A program made the position numbers and the translations under genes. Shown piece after piece: positions 10,604 through 21,180 of a stretch of DNA of 64,000 bases. Every line of letters starts with the position of its first letter. The first letter of the stretch is position 1. The stretch is taken from assembly GCA_965199825.1 (NCBI GenBank), contig OZ241329.1:2432001-2496000 (forward strand), in the 5' to 3' direction. The stretch is from Bdellovibrionales bacterium (GTDB taxonomy: Bacteria; Bdellovibrionota; Bdellovibrionia; Bdellovibrionales; UBA1609). The notes beneath the pieces were generated by a model. It did no database searches. It worked only from the letters and a program-made list of their open reading frames with translations, and was not told the DNA's origin.

Positions 10604-10855
10604 TTAAGTTGAAGGATTTCCAGACTTTCGCATCAAGCTTTTGACTCGATCCGAGGGTTGGGCACCTTTTAAAACCCAAGCGTTATACCGTTCGGTATCA
10701 CACTTAAAGTCAGCCGGTTTGCCTTTAGGTTGGGGAGAATAATGTCCGATGACTTCGATCGACTTTCCCTTTAACCAACGGCGTGAATCTGCCACGGTGA
10801 TGCGGTAACGAGGTGTATGCTTAGAACCGAAACGTGCAAGTCGAATGACGACCAT
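10604..10855 (-). CDS. rpsP: 30S ribosomal protein S16
   Basis: MVVIRLARFG...YRITVADSR...GAQPSDRV; GGAGG RBS before ATG 10855. Confidence 0.97.
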   Translation of the reverse strand: MVVIRLARFGSKHTPRYRITVADSRRWLKGKSIEVIGHYSPQPKGKPADFKCDTERYNAWVLKGAQPSDRVKSLMRKSGNPST

Positions 10856-10909
10856 GTTGCCTCCAAAAAGCTGCAAGTACTAGCTTGATCTTAAAAAAAC
10901 AGCAAGCGC

Positions 10910-12253
10910 TTAAAAAGGAAATCGGCCGCCACCGCCGCCGCCACCAAAGCCTCGACCCATCCTCATCATCTGAGACATCATCTTTTTTGCGTCTTCGAAT
11001 TGTTTTACCAACTTGTTCACATCCGACACTTGGGTGCCCGAACCATTGGCGATTCTTAAGCGTCGAGATCCATTTAAAACTTTTGGGTCTTTGCGTTCTT
11101 GAAGAGTCATCGAACGAATAATAGCCTCAATTTTTTTAATTTCTTTATCGGGTGGTGCCATATTTTTTAGCTGTTTGGTCATCTGGCCCATTCCAGGAAT
11201 CATCTTCATAATCGATTCCATTCCGCCAAGTTTTTTCATCATCTGAATCTGACTTAAAAAATCCTCAAAAGTAAATTGATTGCGCGCCATTTTTTTAGCG
11301 GATTCTTTTGCGGTCTTTTCATCAATGACTTCTTGGGCACGCTCAACAAGTGTGAGCACATCGCCACGATCAAGCAGGCGCGAAGCCAAACGGTCCGGGT
11401 GAAAGACCTCGAGATTTGCGACTCTCTCACCCACACCCAAAAACTTAATCGGCACGCCAACAGTTTCGCGAATGCTTAATGCGGCTCCGCCTCGAGCGTC
11501 GCCGTCAACTTTTGTAAGTACGAGTCCGGTAAGGCCAATGGCATCGTGAAATCCCGTGGCGACCTCAACCGATTGTTGGCCCAGCATCGCATCCGCCACC
11601 AAAAGTGTTTCGGTGGGCTGAGCAATGTTTTTTAGGTTTTTGAGTTCATCCATTAAGGCTTGATCGATTTGCAATCGACCCGCGGTATCTAACAAAAGAA
11701 CATCAATGTGCTCAACCGCCGCCCATTTTAAAGCCGCACGCAAAATCCCTTCGGGCTGATCACCCGGTTGAGAATCAAAAACGGGTAAGCTATTTGTTTT
11801 TGCCAAAGTTTTAAGTTGGTCAATAGCCGCAGGTCGGTAGACATCCAACGGAACAAGTCCCGGCTTTTTATTTAACTTTTGTCTTAGATACAGCGCAAGT
11901 TTAGCAGAGGTTGTGGTTTTACCGGTTCCTTGAAGTCCCACAAGAAGCACAGTTGAAAGTGTGCCTTTGAATTCGAGTCGCGAGGTTTCTTTACCAAGCA
12001 CTTCGACCAATTCATCGTGAACGATTTTTACAAACTGTTGACCGGCAGTGATACTTTTTAAAACCTCTGAACCTAAAGATTTTTGCTTTACTCGTTCAAT
12101 AAAAGTTTTGACCACTTTAAAATGAACATCGGCTTCGAGCAGGCTCAATCGAATATCTTTGATCGCCTCTTCGATATTACTTTCGGTAATATGCGAGGTG
12201 CCATTAATTTTTTTAAACGTAGTTAAAAGTTTATCCGACAGTTGATCAAACAT
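10910..12253 (-). CDS. ffh: Signal recognition particle protein
   Basis: GLQGTGKTT, DTAGR, TKVDGDARGG, Met-rich M domain, SRRLRIANGSG. Confidence 0.98.
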   Translation of the reverse strand: MFDQLSDKLLTTFKKINGTSHITESNIEEAIKDIRLSLLEADVHFKVVKTFIERVKQKSLGSEVLKSITAGQQFVKIVHDELVEVLGKETSRLEFKGTLSTVLLVGLQGTGKTTTSAKLALYLRQKLNKKPGLVPLDVYRPAAIDQLKTLAKTNSLPVFDSQPGDQPEGILRAALKWAAVEHIDVLLLDTAGRLQIDQALMDELKNLKNIAQPTETLLVADAMLGQQSVEVATGFHDAIGLTGLVLTKVDGDARGGAALSIRETVGVPIKFLGVGERVANLEVFHPDRLASRLLDRGDVLTLVERAQEVIDEKTAKESAKKMARNQFTFEDFLSQIQMMKKLGGMESIMKMIPGMGQMTKQLKNMAPPDKEIKKIEAIIRSMTLQERKDPKVLNGSRRLRIANGSGTQVSDVNKLVKQFEDAKKMMSQMMRMGRGFGGGGGGGRFPF

Positions 12254-12256
12254 CGC

Positions 12257-13042
12257 TTACCACCTCGCAAAAGAACTCTTTTTGAGAGTCAATAAACTTA
12301 AACCAAACATCAGAGCCAAAAAAGCCAAAGCCACAATGAGCGAGGTCACAATATCAACATCCGAAGCTCCGACAAAACCGTAGCGAACCCCATTGATCAA
12401 ATAAAGAAGAGGATTTGTTTGTGCAAGACTTCGCCAAAACGGATGAAGGGTGTCGATCGAAAAAAACACGCCGCCCAAATACAGCAGCGGCAACAAAACA
12501 AAACTTGTGACCGCGGACAACTGATCAAAACTTTTTGCCCAAAAAGCTACAGCGATTCCGAGTTGCGAAAAAGCCAGTCCGCCAATCATCAAGAAAAACA
12601 ATCCGATAAAGGGATGAGGCATTAAGAGAATATGCCCTTCGATCATTTGTAAAAATCCGCAGCCGACAACAAAAGTGGTCCCGCCCACAACTAATCCGCG
12701 AAATAATCCGCCTAAACTCATCGCCCAAATAATCTGTTGGTTGGTTAAAAGTGAAACTTTATAATCTTCTAAATCACCGGTAAATTTTGAGCTGACGATG
12801 CTGCTCGAAGAATTTTGAAATGCGTTATTCAGACAACCCATCATCACCAAACCTGGAATCAAAAACGACAAATAGCTCATGCCTTTTTGATTTTGCAGTT
12901 GTGAGCCAATGCTGACCCCAAAAATCAGTAAGTACAAACAGGAACTAATCAGCGGAGTAATCACGGTCTGAATCAAAACCTTTTGAAATCTTTTGATCTC
13001 GCGATGAAGAAGCGAGCAAAACGGAATAAAGCTTTTAGGCAT
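12257..13042 (-). CDS. ABC-2 type permease (YadH-like)
   Basis: REIKRF...FLIPGLVMM...LGGVFFS...NPLLYLINGVRYGF. Confidence 0.9.
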   Translation of the reverse strand: MPKSFIPFCSLLHREIKRFQKVLIQTVITPLISSCLYLLIFGVSIGSQLQNQKGMSYLSFLIPGLVMMGCLNNAFQNSSSSIVSSKFTGDLEDYKVSLLTNQQIIWAMSLGGLFRGLVVGGTTFVVGCGFLQMIEGHILLMPHPFIGLFFLMIGGLAFSQLGIAVAFWAKSFDQLSAVTSFVLLPLLYLGGVFFSIDTLHPFWRSLAQTNPLLYLINGVRYGFVGASDVDIVTSLIVALAFLALMFGLSLLTLKKSSFARW

Positions 13043-13940
13043 GAGATCCTCTGACGATATGACGGAATGCATCTTCTAAGGTTCCCTCTTCGATTGCGAT
13101 ATCTTGGATTAACCGCATATCGAGAGAAAGTTCTGTTAACAGATCGCCCAATCCCCGTTCGCTCGGAACACGGAAGACCAACTCTGAGGCTGTTTGCTCA
13201 ACCAACCAAGGATGTTTGATCTGGCCCAATCCATTTTTAAGCTTAAGGCGAAAGGTTTTAAAGGTCAGTTCACGTACTAATTGTTTAGTATCGCCGGTTC
13301 GTAAAATTCGGCCGTGATCGATGATCGCAACCCGATCACACAATTGCTCGGCCTCTTCAAGATAATGAGTGGTCAGCAAAATTGAAAGGCCCTGACTTTT
13401 GAGTTCGCGTACAAAATCCCAAAGAATTTGTCTCAGCTCAATATCGACGCCGGCGGTGGGCTCATCGAGAAGTAAAAGTTTTGGCTTGTGCACCATTGCT
13501 TTTGCAATGGCGAGGCGTCTGCGCATACCGCCGCTCAGTTGTTTGACTTTTTTATTGCGATGTTCCCACAACTGCAGGCGTCGCAATAAAAATTCGATAT
13601 GTGCGCTTGAGTCAGTGACACCAAAAAATCCGGCATGAAATTTTAAAATTTCTAAAACATTAAAGTAACCGTGATTAATCAATTCCTGAGGCACAAAGCC
13701 CAAATAACTTTTTGCAAGTTGAGGATGAGTCACAACATTGTGACCAAACACAATCACTTCGCCCGAGGTGGGTTGTTCAAGTGTAACCAAAACAGAAATT
13801 AAGGTTGTTTTGCCCGCACCGTTTGGTCCGAGCAGACCCAAAATTTCTCCGGGGTGAACTTCGAGTGAGACATCCTTAACGGCTTGAGTCGACTCATAAT
13901 TCTTATTTAAATGTCTCAAGATGAGAGGGTTTGTGACCAT
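13035..13940 (-). CDS. ABC transporter ATP-binding protein (YadG-like)
   Basis: GPNGAGKTT, LSGGMRRR, LLLDEPTAGVD, TTHYLEEA. Confidence 0.93.
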   Translation of the reverse strand: MVTNPLILRHLNKNYESTQAVKDVSLEVHPGEILGLLGPNGAGKTTLISVLVTLEQPTSGEVIVFGHNVVTHPQLAKSYLGFVPQELINHGYFNVLEILKFHAGFFGVTDSSAHIEFLLRRLQLWEHRNKKVKQLSGGMRRRLAIAKAMVHKPKLLLLDEPTAGVDIELRQILWDFVRELKSQGLSILLTTHYLEEAEQLCDRVAIIDHGRILRTGDTKQLVRELTFKTFRLKLKNGLGQIKHPWLVEQTASELVFRVPSERGLGDLLTELSLDMRLIQDIAIEEGTLEDAFRHIVRGSHA

Positions 13941-14031
13941 GGTCCAATCGATTCGCAATAAAAACCCAATTTGTGCATTTTGAATGTTCAAAAGTCAATG
14001 GAGCCCGCCCAGTTTCGACCGATAAAGAAGG

Positions 14032-15002
14032 ATGACACCCAAAGACATGGTGCCGATTCCGATCACCGATTTTATCACTGCTCTGGCCATGCCCGTGGAT
14101 ATTTACGTGCGCTTGAGTGACGAAAAATTTGTGATTCTGTGTAAGGCCGGAACCAAAACTTCAAAAGAGCAGCTTGCCAGTTATCAAGAACGTGACGTTC
14201 ATTATGTGTGGGTGAGAAAAACCGATTACTACCGTATGTCCGGCCAAAGTATTGGTATCGCAGGTCTTGCGGTAAAAAGATCAGACATCTCACTCGAACA
14301 AAAAACCAGAGTTCTCTCGGTTGCGGCCAAAACGGTGTTTCATCAGTTTGAACATATGGGAATTTCGGTTTCGATGTACAACGATGCCCGCATGGTTTCC
14401 GACGCCACAATGGCTCTTTTGGAATCTCACAACAGCTACGGCGCTTTTTTTGAATCCCTCAAAGACTGCTCAGAAGAACTTTTGCGCCACTCCATGGCTG
14501 TTTCTTTTTTGTCGACCTTGATGGGAATTGCGCTCGGTTGGGAAAAAAATTGACTCTCGAAAAACTGACCCTCGGTGGTCTCCTGCACGACATTGGTTTA
14601 AGAACTATTCCAAAAGAATTGTTGGAGAAGTCTAAAGCCCTAATGACTCTCGAAGAAATGCAAATTTACGAGACTCACCCTTTCAGAGGCATGCAGCTTT
14701 TGTTGAGTTTGGGCTCGGTACCTGATGATGTGATTTCGATCGTGTATGAGCATCATGAAAATGCGCTCGGTCAAGGATATCCCCAGCGCATGCGAGATGC
14801 TCGCATTCATCCTCTAGCCCGGGTGGTGGGGCTTGCCGACTTTTTTGTTTCGCTCACCATTGCCAATGTGAATTGCCCTGAACCAAAGTCAGCCCGCCAA
14901 GCTTTAGAATATATCGAACATGTTTTGGGCCTGCCTTACAACCGCGAGGCCTTTCGCGCGCTCAAAAAAGTGGTGCTCAACGAAGTGATTAAAGCCGCTT
15001 GA
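14032..15002 (+). pseudogene. HD-GYP domain protein split by a frameshift in an A7 run (14543-14549)
   Basis: ORF1 ends ...RHSMAVS...LGWEKN*; ORF2 in the -1 frame continues KKLTLEKLTLGGLLHDIG...HP..G...HHENALGQGYP; one extra A fuses them. Confidence 0.85.
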
Positions 15003-15060
15003 TCGCAGCGACCGTCTAGAGGCTTGACGACAATTCGCCCCGTTCTGTATTCAAGTGCGT

Positions 15061-15960
15061 ATGACTTTGATTTTGACCTCCTTTTACAAATTCCAAATGG
15101 TTCAAGACCCCGAAGCCCAGCGCCAAAAAATTGAAGCTCTGTGCCTTCGACTTCACGCAAAAGGATTAATTTTAATCAGCGGCGAAGGAATCAATGGGTC
15201 GGCGTGTTTGCAAACAGCTCAACTCGAAGAATTTAAGTCTGAGCTCACAGATGATTTTGCCGATTTGGTTTTTAAAGACACTTTGGGCACACCATCGGCT
15301 TTTTTAAAACTCAAAGTCAAATTGCGCCCAGAAATTGTGACGATGGGAGCCCCCGATTTAATTCCAAAAAATAACGACAGCCATGTCTCACCTCAAGAGT
15401 GGCAAGAAAAGCTCATCGAGCAGCCCCAAATCTTGGATGTGCGAAATCGCTATGAGGTGGAAATCGGAAAATTTGAGGGAGCCAAAGATTTAAGCCTTGA
15501 GGACTTTGCGCAATTTCCCCAAAAATTAAAATCGGCAACTTTTGATAAAGATAAAGAAACTCTGATTTACTGCACGGGCGGCATTCGCTGCGAAAAAGCC
15601 ATTTTAGAAATGCGCCGGCAAGGGTTTAGCAAAGTGTCGCAATTGAGCGGTGGGATTATAAAGTATCTCGAAGAGTTCGGCTCAAATGGCAATTACACCG
15701 GTGAGTGTTTTGTGTTTGATTACCGAGTAGCGATCACTCCTGAAATGGAGCCCAGTCAAAAATTTCGTTTGTGTCCTCATTGCGGTCAGCCGGCATCAGA
15801 TGTGATCACATGTAAGATGTGTCAAACCCCACAACAGGTTTGCGAAGCTTGTGTAAAAAGTGATTTGAGTCACGAGACCTGCTCAAAAAATTGCGCTCAC
15901 CATTTTCGTCAAGGTCATCGGTCAAAAAAACGCCAACAGTTAGGATCTGCACGTTCATGA
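15061..15960 (+). CDS. trhO: tRNA uridine(34) hydroxylase TrhO-like rhodanese-domain protein
   Basis: FYKF, EGING, LDVRNRYEVEIGKF, YCTGGIRCEKA, GECFVFDYR, C-terminal Cys cluster. Confidence 0.88.
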   Translation: MTLILTSFYKFQMVQDPEAQRQKIEALCLRLHAKGLILISGEGINGSACLQTAQLEEFKSELTDDFADLVFKDTLGTPSAFLKLKVKLRPEIVTMGAPDLIPKNNDSHVSPQEWQEKLIEQPQILDVRNRYEVEIGKFEGAKDLSLEDFAQFPQKLKSATFDKDKETLIYCTGGIRCEKAILEMRRQGFSKVSQLSGGIIKYLEEFGSNGNYTGECFVFDYRVAITPEMEPSQKFRLCPHCGQPASDVITCKMCQTPQQVCEACVKSDLSHETCSKNCAHHFRQGHRSKKRQQLGSARS

Positions 15961-16649
15961 TTTATATTATTTGTTTATTTGGATTTTTAAATGCACACGC
16001 CGATTGGAGCAATGATTCTGAAGCGGGATTGGTCATCGCCGGTGGAAACTCCAAAACCCAAACCTTAAATTTAAGACAGAACACCATTTATCATTGGGGA
16101 CCAAATATGTGGGCCCTCAATGCCCGATTACTGAAGGCTTCAAACAATGAGGTTGAGACCGCTTTTAAGTGGGGACTTGGTGCTCGTTACGAACGCGAGT
16201 GGAGCTCTTTGGTAAGCGGTCTGGTCAACCAAGATCTCGATTCGGATAAATTTGCTGGATACAATCAACGCTATGCTACCGATTTGGGTATCAAACTTTT
16301 TATTATGAAATCGGCGAGTCTCAATCTCGCCACAGAATTGGGCTTGCGTCACACCGATGAGCATCGAACAGACGATACCAATTTTGTTTTTAATTCGGCT
16401 CGTATCTATATCGAGGCCGAAAGAAAATGGGAAAAGCGATTCTCTGCTCGTTACTGGGTCGAATTTATTCCGAGCCTCACCCATTCCGACGAATTTCAGG
16501 TCAACACCGAGGCTTCTATAAGCTCGATTTTGACCGATGTGTTTTCGGTTAAAACCGCTTATCTTTTGCGCTACAATAATATTCCGAGCAGCATCACCGC
16601 GATCAAAAGTGATACGCTGCTCACCACTGCGCTGGTTGCTAAATTTTAA
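15957..16649 (+). CDS. DUF481-like outer-membrane beta-barrel
   Basis: Signal peptide, GN(S/T) near N-terminus, alternating beta pattern, C-terminal F. Confidence 0.75.
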   Translation: MIYIICLFGFLNAHADWSNDSEAGLVIAGGNSKTQTLNLRQNTIYHWGPNMWALNARLLKASNNEVETAFKWGLGARYEREWSSLVSGLVNQDLDSDKFAGYNQRYATDLGIKLFIMKSASLNLATELGLRHTDEHRTDDTNFVFNSARIYIEAERKWEKRFSARYWVEFIPSLTHSDEFQVNTEASISSILTDVFSVKTAYLLRYNNIPSSITAIKSDTLLTTALVAKF

Positions 16650-16989
16650 TTCGGTTGAGCATACGGATAATTAAAAACACCGCAAAGGCGATAATTGTAA
16701 ATGAAATCGATGTGGTCACAAAATTTCCGATATTGATCGTCACCGCGCCTGCGGCTTGGGCATCGGCAAGTGTTTGGTAGGGCTTGCCAACTTTATCGCC
16801 CTCACGAAGTAAAATAAATATATTTCGAAAATCCACATGACCCACCAGCATTCCAATCGGCGGCATCATCACATCATTGACCAACGAATTGACGATCTTT
16901 GAGAACTCTGCCCCAAGAATTAAACCCACGGCTAAATCGAGAACATTGCCTCTTAAAGCAAAGGTTTCGAATTCTTTAAAAAAACCCAC
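16639..16989 (-). CDS. mscL: Large-conductance mechanosensitive channel
   Basis: FKEFETFALRGNVLDLAVG...IVNSLVNDVMMPPIG; GTG start overlaps upstream TAG. Confidence 0.95.
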   Translation of the reverse strand: MGFFKEFETFALRGNVLDLAVGLILGAEFSKIVNSLVNDVMMPPIGMLVGHVDFRNIFILLREGDKVGKPYQTLADAQAAGAVTINIGNFVTTSISFTIIAFAVFLIIRMLNRIKI

Positions 16990-18836
16990 TAGCGGCCTCT
17001 CTTCCAATAAAAATATTTTCGATACAAATAGTGTGCCTTTTTAAAAAATCTCAAACCTAAATCATCAGGAAAGATATTCACTCTGAATATGGCAAAGGGA
17101 TTGTCTTCTAAACGAAGTCCACCTGAATCGGTGGCGACTCCAAATTGATAGCCCGCCGTAAAAACTTGCTCTTCGTGGCGTGTGTTGAATTTTCCATAAG
17201 GGTAGGCAAACACATTGATTTTGGTTTGCAGATTTTGTTCCAGCTCTTGCTTAGAATTGGCAATCTCTTGAAAGGCCTCTTGGTCGGTAAGACTTAGGAG
17301 AGCACGATGAGTTCGGCCATGACTTCCGATTGAAATTCCAAGAAGAAGAGATTGTTTTAATTCCTCTTGAGTCATCAAAGGATGGGCGGTCTCTGTGGTG
17401 TGCTCACCTAGATCCCAATCATTATTGCGAATTGAAAAGTCAGACAAAACAAAAACGGTTGCTTTGAATCCCAGTCGATTCAAAAGCGGAAAAGCATTTT
17501 CCAGGTTGTCTTTGTAGCCATCATCAAAAGTTAAAACGATGGGGCGTTTAGGAAATTCGGCCAGTGATTTTTTACCAGTCAGAAAGTGTTCGAGATCAGA
17601 AAAATCAAGCGTTTCGAATCCTCGTTTTTTGAGAAAATTCATTTGTTTTTCGAATGTGTTTTTGGTGACAAAAATTTTATGTTGCGTTTTAAGCGGCTCA
17701 ATTGAAACCTTATGGTACATCAAAACAGGAATCCACCGATTGATTTTTTTTCCAAAAATATTTTGGTGGTAAATGCTTTCGATTTTCTTAAAAATCACCT
17801 CAGCCGCAAATTCTTGTTTTATTTTTTGCTGAATTTCCGCGTTGAGATCAATTTTATTTTTCATCAGATAAAAAAGATGAGGCACCAAAAGAACTTCGAC
17901 CTGCTCGGAAATCACTGCCGTGTCTCGATCGCGATCCGCTTTGACATCACCAAAATTCGATTTCAAACACTCGCTCAAATTGTCTGTGGTCACAAATCCA
18001 TGCAACACCGCCTCACCAAAGGCAAAGGTGGGAATGCCATAGCTCAATGCCTCAACCGCAATTCTTCCAGATGCACAAATCACATTTGCAATTTTAAATG
18101 CCTCATGAAATTTTTCGGTTGGAAAATAAGAAAGTTTGTTGGGATAAAGTTTTTGAAGATGAACAAAATGATCTTTGGTTTTTTGATCAAAATTTTCAAA
18201 AGCACCACCAGAGACAACCACATGAAGCTCAGATTTTTGTTGCAATAGACGGGGTAAAACTTCGCGAATCACCATTCCGATGCGCTCACCCTTAGGACCA
18301 GAAGTTCGACCGAGCAGAGCAAGCGTAAACTTTTGTTTAGAGTCAGAATCGACGGGTTTAAACTCTATGGGGTTACGGATAGTCACAATCTTTTTGGAAT
18401 CAAGACCAAATTCATTAGCCAAATGCTGACGGATATTTTCACAAACGGTGATCACCTGATCGCCATAAACATCATTTTTTTTATATCTTCCATGCCAATG
18501 TTGGCGACCATGAACGGTCGAAACATAGGGAACCTTTAATCCTTTAAGGGCATAGTGAGCGAGCCAACTTGCAGCTCTTGAATGGGCGTGAACCACATCA
18601 ATGTTTTGTTCTTTTACTATTTTTCGAATTCGTTTTAGATTTTGAAAGCGCTGCGTATAATTTCGATTATGAATATCGCAGCGAACAAAGCTCGCCGAGC
18701 ACGGGATATGAATTTCATCGCCCAGAAGTGTTACACTATGTCCGCAAGATTTTTGATGATTTGCCAACATCACCGCATAGACTTCGGCCCCGGTTAACTC
18801 GAGTTGGGACATAATATGTAGTATTTTTAGCGCCAT
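16989..18836 (-). CDS. GT4-type glycosyltransferase fused to NodB-type polysaccharide deacetylase
   Basis: TGAE, HAHSR, STVHG, ASGRIAVEAL; then PVLMYH, LTFDDGY, GSHGRTH, FAYPYG. Confidence 0.9.
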   Translation of the reverse strand: MALKILHIMSQLELTGAEVYAVMLANHQKSCGHSVTLLGDEIHIPCSASFVRCDIHNRNYTQRFQNLKRIRKIVKEQNIDVVHAHSRAASWLAHYALKGLKVPYVSTVHGRQHWHGRYKKNDVYGDQVITVCENIRQHLANEFGLDSKKIVTIRNPIEFKPVDSDSKQKFTLALLGRTSGPKGERIGMVIREVLPRLLQQKSELHVVVSGGAFENFDQKTKDHFVHLQKLYPNKLSYFPTEKFHEAFKIANVICASGRIAVEALSYGIPTFAFGEAVLHGFVTTDNLSECLKSNFGDVKADRDRDTAVISEQVEVLLVPHLFYLMKNKIDLNAEIQQKIKQEFAAEVIFKKIESIYHQNIFGKKINRWIPVLMYHKVSIEPLKTQHKIFVTKNTFEKQMNFLKKRGFETLDFSDLEHFLTGKKSLAEFPKRPIVLTFDDGYKDNLENAFPLLNRLGFKATVFVLSDFSIRNNDWDLGEHTTETAHPLMTQEELKQSLLLGISIGSHGRTHRALLSLTDQEAFQEIANSKQELEQNLQTKINVFAYPYGKFNTRHEEQVFTAGYQFGVATDSGGLRLEDNPFAIFRVNIFPDDLGLRFFKKAHYLYRKYFYWKRGR

Positions 18837-18944
18837 ATCGATTGACCTTATGGGAACTTCAAGTTCACGTAAATATAGCTTTTTAATTGTTCATAAGTTA
18901 TTAACCTTATGCGTCCATCCGACACTAAGATTTTACGGACAACT

Positions 18945-20252
18945 ATGACACTTATTTTAAATTTGGTTTTGTGCTGCTCAAAATTTGCGCTTGCGGCTTC
19001 GATCACCTGGCACCAAACCATAGACGAATCCTTTAGTAACAATGCTGAAATTCAAGCAGCAGAGCAAACATTGCGTTCGGCAGAACAAAATTGGCGCTCG
19101 CAACACAATGGGTACTTTCCCCAGCTTTCGGCCAACGTGGGCTTCACTCACGGCAATAGTGTGTCGCTCACCCCTTCGGCATCGACCACTTCTCCTAATG
19201 CAGTCGCACCTGCTTATGACCCAACCGCAAATGGTGAACCTCAAGATAATTATGTGGCGAGCGTGAATGCTTCACAAAATGTATTTGCGGGTCTTCTTGA
19301 TTACGGAAAAATTTCGGCAAGCCTTGGAACACTTCAAGAAAAGCGGGCGATCTTGCGTGAAAAAAAATCCTCGGTCAGTAAAGATTTGGTTACTGCCTAC
19401 GCCAATCTTTTATTATCGCAAAGATCAATCGAACTGCAAAAATCGATTATTCGCCGCAGAGAAGAAAATCTTCGCCTTGTTGAATTGAATTTTCAAACGG
19501 GTCGCGAAAATAAAGGCTCTGCTCTTTTATCCAAAGCCAATCTCAATCAAGCCGAGTTCGAAGAGCATCAAGCCGAAAATTATCTGCGATCAAGCTCTGC
19601 AGATTTAAAACGAGTTTTGAGTCGAGATTTGGATGATGATTTGAATGTGAGCGAAGATGTTCCAATCGAAACTCCTGCTCAACAAATGAAATACGAGCAG
19701 TTTGTGCCCTCAAACACGGATGTGCTCAAGGCCTCGGCAGCGGTCCAAAATGCTGAGGGAAAATTTTTGATTGCCCGATCTAACTTTTATCCTGCGCTCA
19801 ATTTAAGTGCGAGCTTTGGTAGACAAGGTTCAAGATTTTGGAACGAAAAAGAAGAATGGATTTTGGGATTTAATGTCACCATTCCAATATTTAATGGCGG
19901 CAAAGATTTGTTTGCCACTTTGGCTGCGCGAGCCGATGTGCATTCTGCCGAGCGCACAAAAGAAAACACCGAGCGTTTGACCCTTCAAAAACTAAAGTTC
20001 AATCACACAGGACTTCTTGAAGCGATCGAGAAATTAAAGGTAGACGAAAGTTTTGTTTCGGCAGCGACCGTGCGTGCGAATGTGGCGCGAAAGAAGTATA
20101 ATAATGGACTGATCTCATTTGAAGACTGGGACATCATCGAAAACGATCTGATTAATCGACAAAAAAATGTGCTGGTTTCGCAACGCGATCGGGCTGTGGC
20201 CTATGGAAATTGGCTCCAAGCTCAGGGTAAAGGTTTTTTTAAGGATGAGTAA
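18945..20252 (+). CDS. TolC family outer membrane efflux protein
   Basis: Signal peptide; two YFPQLS/FYPALNL repeats; IPIFNGG; upstream of MacAB-like genes; start may be 18909. Confidence 0.9.
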   Translation: MTLILNLVLCCSKFALAASITWHQTIDESFSNNAEIQAAEQTLRSAEQNWRSQHNGYFPQLSANVGFTHGNSVSLTPSASTTSPNAVAPAYDPTANGEPQDNYVASVNASQNVFAGLLDYGKISASLGTLQEKRAILREKKSSVSKDLVTAYANLLLSQRSIELQKSIIRRREENLRLVELNFQTGRENKGSALLSKANLNQAEFEEHQAENYLRSSSADLKRVLSRDLDDDLNVSEDVPIETPAQQMKYEQFVPSNTDVLKASAAVQNAEGKFLIARSNFYPALNLSASFGRQGSRFWNEKEEWILGFNVTIPIFNGGKDLFATLAARADVHSAERTKENTERLTLQKLKFNHTGLLEAIEKLKVDESFVSAATVRANVARKKYNNGLISFEDWDIIENDLINRQKNVLVSQRDRAVAYGNWLQAQGKGFFKDE

Positions 20253-21180
20253 GAAAAAGAAAAAATGGGCCTTGATTGGCGCGGGCGTATTTGTTGTTTT
20301 GATTTTGTTTTTTTCACTGCGCTCGCCCTCAACAACTATTGTTTATCATGACTATCAGGTTAAAAGCTCGAGTCTTGAAATCACCATTCAGACCACAGGA
20401 ATCGTCCAGCCCGAAAATAGGCTTGAGATTAAGCCGCCGATTGCGGGTCGGGTCGAAACCGTTTTGGTCAAAGAGGGCCAGTTCGTTCATAAAGATGAGG
20501 TTTTGGCGTGGCTCAGTTCCACCGAACGTGCGGCATTGTTAGATGCGGCTCGCGCCGAGGGTGAGGCCGAAGTGAAGCGTTGGGAGGATCTCTACAAAGC
20601 AACGCCAATTATTGCGCCGATCTCTGGGACCATTATTTTGCGCAATGTCGAATCGGGCCAAACTTTTGCCAATACCGAATCTGTGTTCACCATGTCTGAT
20701 CGTTTAACAGTTAAAGCTCAGGTGGATGAAACTGACATTGCTCAAGTGAAGCTCTCGCAAAAAGCCCGAATCACCTTGGATGCTTATCCAAATGAAAATA
20801 TTGATGCTCACGTGGATAAAATTGCGTTCGACGCCAAAACTTACAATAGCGTGACCACCTATGATGTTGATGTTTTGCCTGAGGTCACACCGCCCGCCAT
20901 GCGCAGTGGGATGACTGCCAATGTGACTTTCTTAGTCACCGTAAAATCAGATGTTTTAAAAATTCCGAACGAAGCTTTAAAAATGCAAGACGGCAACCTA
21001 ATGGTTTTGGTCAAGGGCGAATCAGGACGAATTCCTACCATCGTTCAACTCGGTCTTAATGATGGCAAAACTTCTGAAGTTGTTTCGGGTTTAAAAGAGA
21101 ATGACACAATTTTAATTCCAGAAGCTAAAACAAAACTTTCAAAGCAAAATTCAAATCCATTTTTGCCGGCTGCGCATTAA
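20245..21180 (+). CDS. MacA-like periplasmic adaptor subunit
   Basis: N-terminal TM anchor; IAGRVETVLVKEGQFV; APISGTI; VDETDI; RSGMTANV. Confidence 0.9.
   Translation: MSKKKKKWALIGAGVFVVLILFFSLRSPSTTIVYHDYQVKSSSLEITIQTTGIVQPENRLEIKPPIAGRVETVLVKEGQFVHKDEVLAWLSSTERAALLDAARAEGEAEVKRWEDLYKATPIIAPISGTIILRNVESGQTFANTESVFTMSDRLTVKAQVDETDIAQVKLSQKARITLDAYPNENIDAHVDKIAFDAKTYNSVTTYDVDVLPEVTPPAMRSGMTANVTFLVTVKSDVLKIPNEALKMQDGNLMVLVKGESGRIPTIVQLGLNDGKTSEVVSGLKENDTILIPEAKTKLSKQNSNPFLPAAH

Noticed and set aside
10925..10946. GCC/ACC trinucleotide repeat
   Set aside because: Encodes the ordinary poly-Gly tail of Ffh
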